A stretch of DNA of 63,781 nucleotides, counting the filler, from Octopus bimaculoides (Eukaryota), in the NCBI RefSeq assembly GCF_001194135.2. It is 5 parts of 5 records of this genome, joined end to end, with 100 filler letters (N's around TTAATTAATTAA, not from the genome) between each part and the next. Parts side by side here need not be neighbours in the genome. Positions count along the whole stretch, not along the records: positions 35,680 to 59,168 come from NC_069004.1; positions 59,269 to 61,618 come from NC_068992.1; 3 more parts are not named here. The stretch is one strand, 5' to 3'. Shown piece after piece: positions 48,401 through 61,718 of the stretch (its first letter is position 1; the number at the start of each line of letters is the position of its first letter). The notes below the pieces were generated by a model. That model ran no database searches, was not told the DNA's origin, and worked only from the letters and a program-made list of their open reading frames with translations. A program made the translations under genes and the position numbers.

Positions 48401-51070
48401 GACCCAGATACATGGCCTAACGTTGACAACAATGTGCAAGTATTACTGGTTGAACATGGTCCTGAACAACTGCAGCAATATCATTTTCCTAAGGACAACA
48501 ATAAAAGAAAACTTTCTTCACATCACGACACAAGGAAACTTGCCAATGGAGAGGAAATTAATTGCACTTGGCTACAATATTCCAGGTCAAAAGATGTGGT
48601 GTTTTGTTTTTGTTGCAAAGTATTTAAAAGTAAAGTTTGGGTTTCCTCATTTTCAGAAAATGGTTCAAATAATTGGAAAAATCTTTTAGCAGTCCTCCCT
48701 TCTCATGAAAAAAGGTAGTGATCATTTAGAAAACTTTCAAAGATGGAAAGAATTTGAAATACGATTGAAAACACAAAAAACAATTGATAAAGCAAAATTA
48801 CAAGAGTTGAAGCAAAAAGAATATTGGTACCTAGTACTAATAAGATTGATTTCTTTAGTAAGAGTTTTTGGTGAACAAAATCTGCCCTTTTGTGGAAGTA
48901 GTGAAAGGTTATGCAGTCCAAATTATGGGAACTTCTTAAAATTTGCAGAGTATCTGGTAGAGTTTGATCCAATTATGAAAGGGCATTTGTGTGAAGTAAG
49001 GAATCATGAGACATTTGTGCATTATCTTGGTAAAGGTATTCAAAATGAGTTAATTCAACTCATTGCATCAGCTACTCAAAAGAAAATAATAGAAGCTGTC
49101 CAGGCTGCAAAATATTTTTCCATTATTCTAGATTGCACACCTGATGTAAGCCATGTAGAACAAATGACAATGACCATTCGCTTTGTTAACTTGGGTAAAA
49201 ATGATGAAGAAATGGCAGGTAATATCCACACAGAAAAATCTAAAATGACCATTGGGGAACACTTTTTGGGATTTATTCCACTAAAGGAAGCTACTGGTGC
49301 TTTCATCAGTGACACCATTCTAGAAAAACTTCATGAAGTGTCTTTATCAGTAGAAAATTTGTGTAGCCAAGGACACGATAATGGAAGCCACATGAAAGGT
49401 AAAGATAAAGGAGTGCAGAGGAGATTACTGAATATCAATCTGAGGACATATTTTGTTCCATGCAGTACTCATAGTTTGAATTTTGTGGTCAATGATGCTG
49501 CCAGGTGCTGTTTAGATGCAACAAAGTTTTTTGACTTAGCACAATGGATTTATGTCTACTTCTCTTCCTCAACATTTTGATGGGAAGCTCTGAAATCTCA
49601 TGTGACATCATTAACTGGGAAACCATTAAGTGAAACAAGATGGGAGAGTAGAATTGATGCCCTTAAGCCCCTTCATTATGAGCTTGGCAAAGTTTATGAT
49701 GCATTAATTGAAATTGCTGATGATGCTAACCTCACAGTTTCAAGTGGCACTTCACGTGTAGATGCTCAAGCTCTTGCCAACGAGATTTCCAAGTTCAGTC
49801 ATGTGACTTCAATAATTCTTTGGTATAATATTCTTTTTGAAATTAACATTACTAGCAAAAAATTGCAGTCAGAAGATTTAACCACAGACTCTGCACTTAA
49901 AGAGTTTGAACAAACCAAAAAGTATCTTATTGATTGCATGAGTGACAAAAAATTTGAAGAAGTACTTGTTGATGCTCTTTGAGGTTGCTGATGAATTTGG
50001 TATGTGGGCAGAATTTGAAGCAAATCCAGTGAACATTAGAAGAAAGAAACAACAATTCCCATATAAAGGGGAAAAAAAGTAACCTATCCAGGATAGTAAG
50101 CAAAGCTACAAAATAAATTTTTATTTTGCAATACTGGATACATCAATTAATTCAGTTTCAGAACGCTTTGAACAACTGAAACAAGTAAATTCCATCTTTG
50201 GCTTTCTGTATGATATAAAATCTTTGCAATATAAAACTTCTCATCAAGTAATGGAATTTTGCATAAAAATTGAGTCTTCCCAACAGGTTGGAGAGTCAAA
50301 GGATATTGATGCTAAAGATTTGTCTAATGAACTGAATGTCATATCAAGAAGACTTGAAAAATCTTATGGTCCTCTGAAAGTGCTTGAGATACTTTGTGAG
50401 CAGCAACAAAGAGAAAGCTTTCCAAATTTGCACATCACTCTCAGAATTCTGCTAACTCTACCAGTAAGTGTTGCAAGCAGAGAGCGTAGCTTTTCAAAAC
50501 TAGAAATAATAAAGACATATCTAAGAACTTCAATGGCCGAAGAGAGGCTCACCGGACTAGCTACAATTTCCATAGAACATGAAATTTGTAGAAAACTCCA
50601 AGAGCTTGTAAAAGATTTTGCAAGGCAGAAAGCTCACGAAATTAGCTTTTAAGTACCAAGAGTCAAAAACAACTGTATTTAAATATTTCAACAACCAATA
50701 ATAAAAAAAAAAACAACACCTTTGAATCAAATCAAATCAAATCAGAGGAGGAGAATACAAACAAGGGCTTGGTGAACTACTGTTTGTTTACCATATTTGC
50801 TTGCATCCAATTAGTAAAATATTAATTTTTCAATACATCATGTTTATTAGTTATTATATATTTTTGCATTAATTTTTAAGTAATAAATTTTCCAAAATTT
50901 CTCTTTACAAGTGACTTCAGATTGCTCTTATGTTTATTCTCTAGAAACTTTCTTGGGGAAAAATCCCCGGCTTGTTGGGCTCATTTCGCTTGCCATCCCC
51001 CCACCCTGTGGAGAGGAGGGGATTAAAATTTGATCCGCCTAGGGCGTCAGTTACCATAGGGCCAGCCCTG
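45484..51070 (+). mobile_element. hAT DNA transposon inserted into the mariner
   Basis: TIRs CAGGGCTGG (45484) / CCAGCCCTG (ending 51070). Degenerate 8-bp TSD CAGGTGCC (45476-45483) vs CAGGCGCT (51071-51078). Internal transposase. Confidence 0.8.
48095..50652 (+). pseudogene. hAT transposase (ZMYM1/TTF-zinc-finger type), inactivated
   Basis: WLQYSRSKDVVFCFCCKVF, NYGNFL, YFSIILDCTPDVSHVEQM, DNGSHMKG, FVPCSTHSLN, TRWESR, and C-terminal FPNL..ILLTLPVSVASRERSFSKL..IKTYLRTSM.EERL dimerisation motif. Stops and frameshifts. Confidence 0.9.
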
Positions 51071-51640
51071 CAGGCGCTATAAACCTGAATGGTAGTGCTC
51101 TGACCTTTTGGGAGGAAATCTCTTCCTGAATCCCATCAAAACTGGCACAAAGTACTCTTTGTTGACTGTCTGGCCAGAGAGAATCCAGTAGATGTAGATG
51201 ATGCCCTTGCTGTCAAAAAAGGGGAACATTATGAGCTTCCTTGGGCTCTGTCACTTGGTCTCTGGATCATAACAGTAAATCCTGCTTTCAAGATACATGA
51301 CAGTCTTCATCCAGAAAATTGTGAATTTTCTTAACTAACTCTGATGTTCTGATTCTCTCTCCCCCCCCACAACTCTCATCATCTCTTCCTTGAACTTCTT
51401 TTGCCATCCTTGAACTTCTTTTACCATCCTTGAACTTCTTTTGCCAATAAAAAACAGATGTCCTGCTCATACGAGTTAATCCATAAGCAGTCTAAATCAC
51501 TTCATAAGTTTCTGTAGCATTTTATCAGCCTTAACACAAAACTTTATTGCATAGTGAGCTTCGAAATTGTCTTCACATCCCAACTGCATTCTGCAAACTA
51601 GTCATCTGAGACAAACAGTGTTTACTAAGGTGTGATCAAA
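51071..51640 (-). pseudogene. mariner transposase remnant, N-terminal part
   Basis: HYAIKFCVK, MSRTSVFYWQKKFKDG, IYCYDPETK, FFDSKGII..GQTVNKEY. Continues at 45483 after the hAT. Confidence 0.8.
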
Positions 51641-54600
51641 GTGCTGTTACAGCCATCTCCTAAAAAAGTCTCTAAACTTCTAGAATACACCTCATGCACG
51701 CACACAGATATGCATGCATGTGTGCATGTATGCACACATGCACATGCACACATGCACACACACACATACACACACACACACACACACAAATATATATATG
51801 ATGGGCTTCCACGTAGTTTCTGTCATCCAAATTCACTCACAAAGCATTGGTTCATCCAGGGCTATAAAGTATCAGTCAAATACTGGGGTCAATATAATTA
51901 TCTTACTCCTCCCTCAAAATTGTTAGCCTTAACCCAAAATTAGAAAGAATTATTTACATTTTACATAGATGCAAGAACTTATTAGTTTTTCATCATAGAT
52001 TGGGAGGGAAGGGTAGAGCCCATGACCCCTTACACCATCTTTAACACAAGTGGGAGGGAGATATTCTCGAATGAGAGACTTAGCTAAAATGCTTGCAATA
52101 GAGTGGACCCTGCAAAAGGCACCCAAGATGCCAGATAGTGATGTTAAACTGGAAGACAAGTCTTGACAGTCTGGCAATTTGATATTCTTATAGTCCTGCC
52201 AATCCACTCATTGCCCTGGATTGCTACATTTCTTTTTATCAATTTCAAAAGACAAAGTTGACCTCAATAGGGTTTGAACTTAGTGTATGGAGAGTTGGAA
52301 CAAATACATTTATAAGGAAGAAGTTTTCCAGATAGAGAAGCTAAGCCTTCATCTCTTCAGCAAAACACCTGTTCTTGTTTCATATCCTACCATTCTCTCC
52401 CCCATTCAGTTGAAAGGTCTTGTCTTGCAGGTACTTGGTTACTTTATTGGTGCTGGTGCTATGAAAAAAGCACCCAGTATTCTCTGTGAACTGGTTGGCA
52501 TTAGGAAGGGCATCCAGCTGTAGAAACCATACCAAACCAGACATTTGAGCTGGGCATGATCTCTTGGTTTATCAGTTCCTATCAAACTGTCCAACCTATA
52601 CCAGCATGGAAAAAGGGACAGTAAAGGATGGTGATGATTTAAGACTTTGTGGCATTTATCTCCCTCTCCTGCTACTCTTCCTCCATCCCACTCTCTCTCA
52701 AGTACATTATAACAGTGTGAATACAATGAAATGGTTACAAATCATTATTGAAATCAGTGATTTTTCTTTTAAAGCCTACTTCTTGCTTATATCATGGATT
52801 TCTGAGATAGTACCCAAAGTGAGTGGATATAATATCATTTTTAGCTTAGTTGTAAGCAGTGTTGTAGTTAATTACATGTAGGGACACCACATTTTATGTA
52901 ACTATAATATACTACAAAGTATATTAAATATTTCATAAGTCAATACTGTGTTCTACTGTGTTAGCAGTGCTATTAAATCAATTGTTAAGGTTAACTCTTC
53001 AGATTTTCTATAGAAATTATAACCATCATCGATTTGTTATTACGTTTTGTATCCGAATGCATCTAATATAAACAACAATGTGATCAAAGATGGAAAAATA
53101 GGTAAAGGGTGTGTATGCATATTTCAGGAGTTCTTGCTTACCCCTTCTTCAGCACCACATCCAATCTATTAACCATGAAGTTTTTGCTTAAACAACCACT
53201 AAATATAGCAGTGTCACACTATTGGATATACCAATTTTACATTAGACATATTTGGATATGAAATGTCATATCAAATCAGTGCTGGCTATAATTTATAAAG
53301 AGATAACCTGAACAAGTGTAATAACAACTAGAGTGTGTGCCACTCCGCTCCCACCCCTGGCGCTCCAAGCCAATACAGCAGACCCAATAGTGCTGAGCCA
53401 ATAAAAGTATTGCCTGGGACAGACTGTCCCACCTTGTCTCCCCACCTAGTACTCTACTGAGCACAACATGGTATAATTTGGTGAAAGAAATAGTCATATC
53501 AACTCCAGTAAATGACTGGTACTTCATTGTACTGAACCTGGAAAGATAAAATTTTACTTCAACTCAGAATGTAAAAGGCTCAACTAAATACTAGAAGGCA
53601 TTTTGTCTAATGTTCTACTTTCTGGGTTCTGCCATTTATCCTTTTACTTGATGCTCTACTGATTCTGCCAGGTACCTTGTGACCATTTTGTCAAACACTT
53701 TTCAATTCTGCCATCTACTTTATTTCCATTTTATCCAGTGTTGTTCTCCCAATGTTGCCACTTAGCTTACCACCATTTTGTCCAACACTGTCCTGATAGT
53801 GCTAATCTATTGCTGTCATCAGTGGAAAGAATATTGCCTGATAACCAGCCATTGATCAATGATATTAGACAGGTCATTGAACTGAATGGAAACCAGGTCA
53901 CTATCTCAGAATTTATGTTTGTGTGAGAAAACAAATATTTGCTAAAAGTAGACAAAAGATAAAATGGTTGATGAGTCCCTTGCACCTTCTAATAGATTCT
54001 ACTGCAAACTTATAATCGTTAACGATCACAATACTTTTATAGCATACCTGATATTGTACAATAAAAGTAGGGTCTTAATCTCTGTGGTAGATTGTCTTTT
54101 TTTTTAAATATACTAATTTTTACACTTACTCATATCAATACTATGTCTACTTTGTGATTCTCTCATCACTACTTCAGCAAGTATGATGGAACCCCTACTC
54201 TGCTGATAAGGCCCAATAATACTAAAACATGTCAAGAGTTGTCTTCCATACTGGCTGAAATAATTAAGATAATGTTGAGTTAATGTTGTTTTTTTCACAT
54301 TATGTAAATACAGAAATCCTTTACTTTACAAAAGTAATGAGTTCTTTAAAATCTGACCATAACAGAAAATTCTGTAATGCAAAATTAATTTTCATATTGA
54401 TTTCCATAATAAGATTGTCTACCTCCAGACTTTTTCGAAGAAAGAAAGAAAAAATAAGAAGCTCAGGAAAACAGAACAAGCAGTACAGCCACCTATATGC
54501 ATGAAAATAACAATTTCTAAACATATACATTACAAAATAGATACATAAAAACACAAAAACATTTCAAGAGGAACACATTAGGGAGTTATCTATGTACATA

Positions 54601-54924
54601 TTTTATATATATACTAGCTCAGATCTTCTGTGTTGAAGTTAAGCCCACTACTGACCTTGTATTGAATAAGCATTTCCTTAGAGATTATTCTATTGATTTT
54701 GTTGAAATGTTACATGTGAAAAAATGCAAAAGTTGCAAGAAAAATAACACCATTATGGGGATTTCCATTGAAACGCTCGATTGAGCTCACAAAAATTGAT
54801 GCCAGCTGAGCATTATTGAGATTTCGAAAAATTCCAGCCTTATTTGAACTTCAGAGCATGTGATCTATCTATGCGCCAAAAATCATTAAAATCAGTTGGA
54901 TGGTGTGGGAGGAGTTAGAGTAAC

Positions 54925-55680
54925 CCCAAACACGGCAGTGAAACATGGGCTGTAACTGCTGAGGACATACGTAAGCTTGCAAGGAATGAAGCCAGTATGC
55001 TCCGTTGGATGTGTAATGTCAATGTGAATACCCGTCAGAGTGTAAGTATCTTGAGAGAAAAGCTGAACATTAGAAGCATCAGTTGTGGTGTGCAAGAGAG
55101 ACGATTGCGCTGGTATGGACATGTGGTGAGAATGGATGAGGATAACTGCGTGAAAAAGTGCCACACCCTAACAGTTGAGGGAACCCGTGGAAGAGGTAGG
55201 CCCAGGAAGACCTGGGCTGAGGTGGTGAGGCAAGACNNNNNNNNNNNNNNNNNNNNNNNNNNNNNNNNNNNNNNNNNNNNNNNNNNNNNNNNNNNNNNNN
55301 NNNNNNNNNNNNNNNNNNNNNNNNNNNNNNNNNNNNNNNNNNNNNNNNNNNNNNNNNNNNNNNNNNNNNNNNNNNNNNNNNNNNNNNNNNNNNNNNNNNN
55401 NNNNNNNNNNNNNNNNNNNNNNNNNNNNNNNNNNNNNNNNGTGGCACATAAAAGACACCATTTCGAGCGTGGCCGTTTTCGTGCGGGTGACACGTAAAAG
55501 CACCCACTACACTCTCTGAGTGGTTGGCGTTAGGAAGGGCATCCAGCTGTAGAAACTCTGCCAAATTAGATTGGAGCCTGGTGTTGCCATCCGGTTTCAC
55601 CAGTCCTCAGTCAAATCGTCCAACCCATGTTAGCATGGAAAGCAGACGTTAAACGATGATGATGATGATGATGATGATGT
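54925..55680 (+). mobile_element. RTE LINE 3' end
   Basis: ASMLRWMCNV..LREKLNIRSI..VQERRLRWYGHVVRMDE..GRGRPRKTW, a gap, then the 3' UTR and (GAT)n tail. Confidence 0.9.
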
Positions 55681-55811
55681 ATGTCTAATAATATTTTATA
55701 TATATATGTATGAATATATTCTATATATCTATGTATATATTTTATATATGTATGTATATATTTTATATATATATATGTGTGTGTGTGTGTGTATGTATAT
55801 ATTTTATATCA

Positions 55812-56110
55812 TTGCCAGTGCTGCCCGAGCGTGATTGTTGCCAGTGCCACCTGACTGGCTCCTGTGCAGGTGGCACGTAAAAAGCACCATTCGAGCATGG
55901 TTGTTGCCAGTGCTACCTGATTGGCTTCCATGCCAGTGGCATGTAAAAAGTACCATTCAAGCATGGTTGATGCCAGTACCACCTGATTTGCCCTTGTGCC
56001 GGTGGCATATAAAAAGCACCCACTACACTCTCGGAGCGGTTGGCGTTAGGAAGGGCATCCAGAAAGTTTGCCAGATTGGATTGGAGCCTGGTGCAGCCAT
56101 CTGGTTTCAC
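55812..56110 (+). repeat. RTE 3' UTR fragment with 66-bp tandem hairpin units
   Basis: Units start at 55838, 55904 and 55970. Unit 1 contains GTGCCACCTG (55844-55853) / CAGGTGGCAC (55867-55876). Confidence 0.75.
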
Positions 56111-57125
56111 AATAAACACTGAAAATGTGCAGAAAACGGCTTCCATCACATTCCAGGGGGAAAAACTAGAAGTAGTTGATAGCTTTCATTACCTAGGTGA
56201 CCAAGTTAGTAGCAGAGGTGGATGCTTTGAGAGTGTAGTTGCTAGAATAAGAATAACCTGGGCAAAGTTCGGAGATCCCCTACCTCTGCTGGTGACAAAG
56301 AACTTCTCACTCAGGGTAAAAGGTAGACTGTATAATGCATGTGTGTGAACAGCCATGTTACATAGCAGTGAAACATGGGCCATGACTGCTGAGGTCATGC
56401 GTAAGCTTGCAAGGAATGAAGCTAGTATTCTCCACTGGATGTGTAATGTCAGTGTACATACACGACAGAGTGTAAGCACCCTGAGAGAAAAGTTGAACAT
56501 AAGAAGCATCAGATGTGGTGTGCAAGAAAGATGACTGCACTGGTAAGGTCATGAGTTGTGTATGGATGAGGAGAGCTATGTGAAAAAGTGTCATACCCTA
56601 GCAGTTGAGGGAACCTGTGGAAGAAGTAGACCCAGGAAAACCTGGGATGAGATGGTGAAGCATGACCTTCAACCTCATGGAGGCGATGACAAGTGACCGA
56701 GACTTTTGGAAATATGCTGTGCTTGAGAAGACCCGGCAAGCCAAATGAGACTGTAACTGTGGCCTATGCCAGTGCAGCATAAATGGCCAATTTAAGAGTA
56801 CCCTTCAATCATTTGGCAATAAACTGCACATGCGAAGACCTGTTGAATCAAGTGAAGTGATTGTTGTGGCTGATGACAGTACCGCTTGATTGGCACCTGT
56901 GCTGGTAGCACATAAAAGCACCATTCATGTGTGATTGTTGCCAGTGCAGCCTGACTGGCAACCATGCTGGTGGCACTTAAAAAGCGCCATTTGAGCCCGT
57001 TCATTGTCAGTGCTGCCTGACTGGCTCCTGTGCCGGTGGCATGTAAAAAGCACCATTCAAGCGTGGTTGATGCCAGTACCACCTGACTGGCCCTCGTACC
57101 AGTGGCACATAAAAAGCACCCACTT
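56110..57125 (+). mobile_element. RTE LINE C-terminal fragment plus 3' UTR repeats
   Basis: EKLEVVDSFHYLGDQVS..ARIRITWAKF..KGRLYNACV..SETWA..RSRPRKTWDEMVKHD, followed by the tandem units. Confidence 0.85.
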
Positions 57126-57299
57126 TATGACACATCATCTTTTTGTACAGCTCAATATAGGAACTGAATTCATTGTAAACCCCTCTTGTAATATTTATGC
57201 TACATTTCTGATTAGGATCATCAGCAGCAGAATCTTGCAGACCTTTCTCTATAAATGCCAACCCTTTAACAATAATTTTTGTCATCAATTTAAGTGGTG

Positions 57300-58601
57300 A
57301 CAACTTCTGTTGTCTCATTTGTATTCTCAGCTTGTTCTTTTTCTAACAGCATCAGCTCCTCATTTTATAAACTTTCCCTCTGGGACACTAGCAACTCAAT
57401 CGCATCATCCTCTATGACTTCTTCAAATCCTACATCCTTTACAAATGTTACAATCTTTCCAAATTCGATGTAGACTTTCTCCTTGAGGAAAACTTTGATA
57501 CAGTCTAGCCATATACTTTTCTGAGCATTATTTAAAGTTGAAGATTTCATTTTATCCCATGACTCAGCTATATTATCTACAGCATCCATTATATTGAATT
57601 TCTTCCAGAAATGTCTAACTGTAGATTTATCCTTCCTATCAATTGCTTTCATATGTTGTTTGAAAGTTCTTCTCTTATAATATACCTTGAAGTTAGCTAT
57701 TGCACATTGATCCATTGGCAGGAGCAAAGAAGTTGTATTCTTGGGGATATTCTATCACATTATCAGAAAATTCAAGTAAGTTCATTGAAAAACCAATGCT
57801 TTTTTGGAAATATTATGTCTGGCTCTGTCCTTTTCTACAACAGTACAAAAAACATTTCTAAACCACTCTTTGAAAAGGCTCTTAGTCATCCATGCCTTCT
57901 AATTTAGATGCCAAATCAGAGGTAGATGAATCTTTGTGTAACCCTTGAAAGCTCTTGAATTTCCGGAGTGATACAAGTGTAGAGGCTTTAATTTCATGTC
58001 AACTGTGGCATTTCCTCTCAAGAGAAGTGTCAAAAGATTTTCAGAAGCTTTAAATTCTGGTGCTGATTTTTCTTCTCAAGAAATAAAACTTCTAGCAGGT
58101 ATACAATTCCAGAAAAGTGAAGCTTCATCAACATTGCATACTTGCTCTGGTGTGTAGCCCCCTTCAGCAGTCACTTTCTTCAACTACCCAGAATAATTAG
58201 TAGCAACATCTGTATCAGCACTCACAGTTTCACTAATTATTTTTATGTTGTGAAAATTCATGCACTTCTTAAACCTTTCAAATCAGTGTTTGCAAGTGAA
58301 AAAAGGGTTTTGTATTAGAAGTTTCACCTTCCTTTTTCTGCAAATTGTCATGTAAACACTTGGCTCTTTTTTTAATTATCATCATGTTTCTTGGCACATT
58401 TGCTGATTTGACATAATTTTCTATGTCCTCACATATTGATCCTATTGTAGACGTAGCAAGACTTTAACTTAAAATGTAGACATTTACAAAAGCCTCATCA
58501 ATCTTTTAAAAACATTATGTTTAATATCACATGTAATCGTTTTATGGTTCCTTCTCACACTTACTGCCTTCAGGTCTACTTGATAGCTTCTTTCCAGACA
58601 T
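57300..58601 (-). pseudogene. Tigger/pogo-type transposase remnant
   Basis: GGYTPEQVCNVDEASLFWNCIPARSFI and LLPMDQCAIANFKVYYKRRTF..FWKKFNIMDAVDNIAESW (DDE_1-type motifs). Confidence 0.8.
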
Positions 58602-59168
58602 CTTAAACTGAAAGCAAATCCATCAGTAGCAGCAATTAATTATCTACAACAAATATGAACTGAAAAAAAATTAGCCCAGGAAAGATCTGATTTGTGAGAG
58701 CAGAAAATTGTCTGATTTCTATGATGCAATAATGAAAATGAGATGAAAAGGCGAAGGACTGAAGAAGAAACGTACTATATGATTAAACTGCTCTTCAAAA
58801 CTATAAAGCCAGAGCACTGTCTGTTTTTTTCTGGCAAACTATACCACCAAAATTCATGAAACTCATCTCTAGATAGGAGATGGGATAGAAGAAGGCATTG
58901 CAATTGTTGTATTTCCCTCGGGTGACTCGCAGAGATAACACAACGAGTTGTACAATTTAATTATTACATTTATTATTCAATTACATACAAAGAATGCACT
59001 CACCCAATGTTCGTTATGAATAAACAAAAGTCATGTCCGCCATACATATATCAATGACATTTTACTACGACAGTCCCACAAGACAACAACAATGAAACAA
59101 TGAACTCAGACGAACCACAGTGACACACGGAACGTCAGACGAATTACATATCTAACAGTCCATATAAC

Positions 59169-59268
59169 NNNNNNNNNNNNNNNNNNNNNNNNNNNNNNNN
59201 NNNNNNNNNNNNTTAATTAATTAANNNNNNNNNNNNNNNNNNNNNNNNNNNNNNNNNNNNNNNNNNNN
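59169..59268. other. Assembly linker (N44-TTAATTAATTAA-N44)
   Basis: 12-mer at 59213-59224. Confidence 0.9.
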
Positions 59269-59269
59269 T

Positions 59270-59630
59270 ACCCGGAATTCATTGCTGTACTCATTTCCAA
59301 CCCTCACCTTACTGGCCGCATCTCTGTACATGGCTCGCACAGCTCTCACTAGCCATTCTTCTATCCCAAGTTTCCTCATTGACCACCAGATAAGGGATCG
59401 GGGGACCCTGTCAAAGGCTTTCTCCATGTCAACGAAAGCCAGGTACAGAGGTTTATCCTTGGCTAGGTATTTCTCTTGCAACTGTCTCACTAGAAATAAG
59501 GCATCAGTAGTGCTTTTACCTGGCACGAACCCAAACTGCATCTCATCTAAATTGATTCGCTCCCTAATTAGTTGGGCTATGACCCTCTCTGTAACTTTCA
59601 TAACCTGATCTAACAGCTTGATGCCTATTA
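59270..59630 (-). pseudogene. RTE reverse transcriptase fragment
   Basis: GIKLLDQVMKVTERV..QFGFVPGKSTTDALFLVRQLQEK..LAFVDMEKAFDRVPR. Confidence 0.9.
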
Positions 59631-59639
59631 ATATATATA

Positions 59640-59960
59640 TCATCATCGTCATCATTATCATTTAACATGCGCTGTCCATGCTGGCATGGATTGGACTGTT
59701 TGACTGGATTGGCACACTGGGGTGCTGCACCAGACTTCAGTCTGATTTGGCATGGTTTTCTACAGCTGGCTGGTCTTCCTAACTCTAACCACTCCGAGAG
59801 TGTAATGGGTGCTTTTACGTGCCACCGGTACAAGTACCATTTGCGTGACACCGGGGTACTTTTACATGCCACCAACACAGGTGCCAATTTGTGTGACACT
59901 AGTATCTGCTATGACTGAGATTTTGCTCAGTTTGATGGGTCTTCTTCTCAAGCATGACAT
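59640..59960 (-). mobile_element. RTE-type 3' tail fragment
   Basis: (GAT)n tail and the conserved 3' UTR shared with the other RTE ends. Confidence 0.75.
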
Positions 59961-60331
59961 AATACCACACAATATGTTTTTATGTGCTAAATCATATATT
60001 GTGTTTATTAAATAATATTTATGTCTCACCAGATGGAGTGTATTTTTTTGTTGATCTTACCATCACAGAACAGTATACTAGATATGCATATACACACACT
60101 CATAAAGAGAGAGACAGACAGACAGATGAGATCACAAGAATCCCAATATAGAAAACACTTAGTAGCGCTCAAATAATTAAAACTTACACTCCGATATCTT
60201 TACTGAGGACCATGGAGAAACTGATTCAAATAAACAGATAAAACATTGAGATTTAATGTACAGAATATATATAAATGTATACATCTAAAAAGAGAAGGCA
60301 GACTTAAAATTTTCAGATGATTAACAATATA

Positions 60332-60732
60332 GGTGCAGGAGTGGCTGTGTGGTAAGTAGCTTGCTTACCAAACACATGGTTATGGGTTCAGTCCCACTGC
60401 GTGGCACTTTAGGCAAGTGTCTTCTGCTATAGCCTCAGGCCAACCAAAGCCTTGTGAGTGGATTTGGTTGATGGAAACTGAAAGAAGCCCATTGTATATA
60501 TGTATATATATGTGTGTGTGTTTGTGTGTCTGTATTTGTCCCCCCAACATTGCTTGACAACCGATGCAGGTGTGTATACGTCCCCATAACTTAGCTGTTC
60601 GGCAAAAGAGACCGATAGAATAAGTACTAGGCTTACAAAGAGTAAGTCCTGAGGTTGATTTGCTCAACTAAAGGCAGTGCATGGCCACAGTCAAATGACT
60701 GATACAAGTAAAAGAGTGAAAAAAAAAGAGTA
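60332..60732 (+). mobile_element. SINE family A, full length (best reference copy)
   Basis: Head GGTGCAGGAGTGGCTGTGTGGTAAG, B-box-like GGGTTCAGTCCC, core, TA/TG microsatellite, 3' body, CAAGTAAAAGAGT tail. Confidence 0.85.
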
Positions 60733-61299
60733 ATCAAATATAAATACATATATATTTTTTATAGAGCGAACTTATTCAAATTACATAGACTCAGAGAATT
60801 AGAAGGGAGAAAGCGTTACAAGTCCGACAACTGTTTCTGGAGGTTCAGACTTACTTCATAATGTTGGTAGATGTAGTTCATTAAAAATTTGCTACCAGTA
60901 ATGGAAGCAAATAAACATTGGTAAAACTCAGAGCTTCCTTCATCAAAGTGATTCCATCTATCCACTCTGTTTATTTCGTTGCTATTATGTTAAATTGTCA
61001 TATGTCCAAATCTGGCCAAATGCGTTTTCTTCAATATTTATTGTTGCTTGCAATAGCCTGTTTCTTTCATCAAACTATCGTATCTCCAGCTGCTTCAGAT
61101 GCCAAGATATCAAAAATTGTCAAAGTGTAGCACAATGGTTTTGCTATGGAATGGTGGAAGTATTTTTTCGTTTTCTGAAAAAGCAAAGTTTGGACTCAGG
61201 ACACATTTGCATAATAGCAACGATTTGAATCATTCTCGATCTCTCTCTGTCTACATGTGTGTGTGTGTGTAGTCAATTCAAATAAACAAATAAAATTAA

Positions 61300-61618
61300 C
61301 GGATAACAAGAGGACGTAGCACTATATCATCTGCAAAGTTGAGATCTTCTAGAGCTTCTGCATCCATCCATTCAATGCCTGTTTGGCTTTCAATCATAGT
61401 TTCCTTCATAATCCTATAACTAGTAGAAATAAAAAGGGAGAAAGTATACAGCCCTGTCGAACTCCTGTTTTTACTTCGAATTTATCCGTAGCTCCGTTTC
61501 CATGCAAGACTCGGCATGACATTCCTTGGTAAGTTGCTCTTATTATAGATATATACTTGTCTGGTATGCCGTAGTGCTGCATAATTTTCCATAAGCCTTC
61601 CCTATCAAATGCTTTTTC
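61300..61618 (-). pseudogene. RTE (BovB-like) reverse transcriptase fragment
   Basis: LWKIMQHYGIPDKYISIIRATYQGMSCRV..FEVKTGVRQGCILSPFLFLLV..DLNFADDIVL. Confidence 0.8.
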
Positions 61619-61718
61619 NNNNNNNNNNNNNNNNNNNNNNNNNNNNNNNNNNNNNNNNNNNNTTAATTAATTAANNNNNNNNNNNNNNNNNNNNNNNNNN
61701 NNNNNNNNNNNNNNNNNN
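61619..61718. other. Assembly linker (N44-TTAATTAATTAA-N44)
   Basis: 12-mer at 61663-61674. Confidence 0.9.

Noticed and set aside
55838-56035. CRISPR-like regularly spaced palindromic units
   Set aside because: The units are homologous over their whole length with no unique spacers, no cas genes are present, and they lie in an RTE 3' UTR of a eukaryote.
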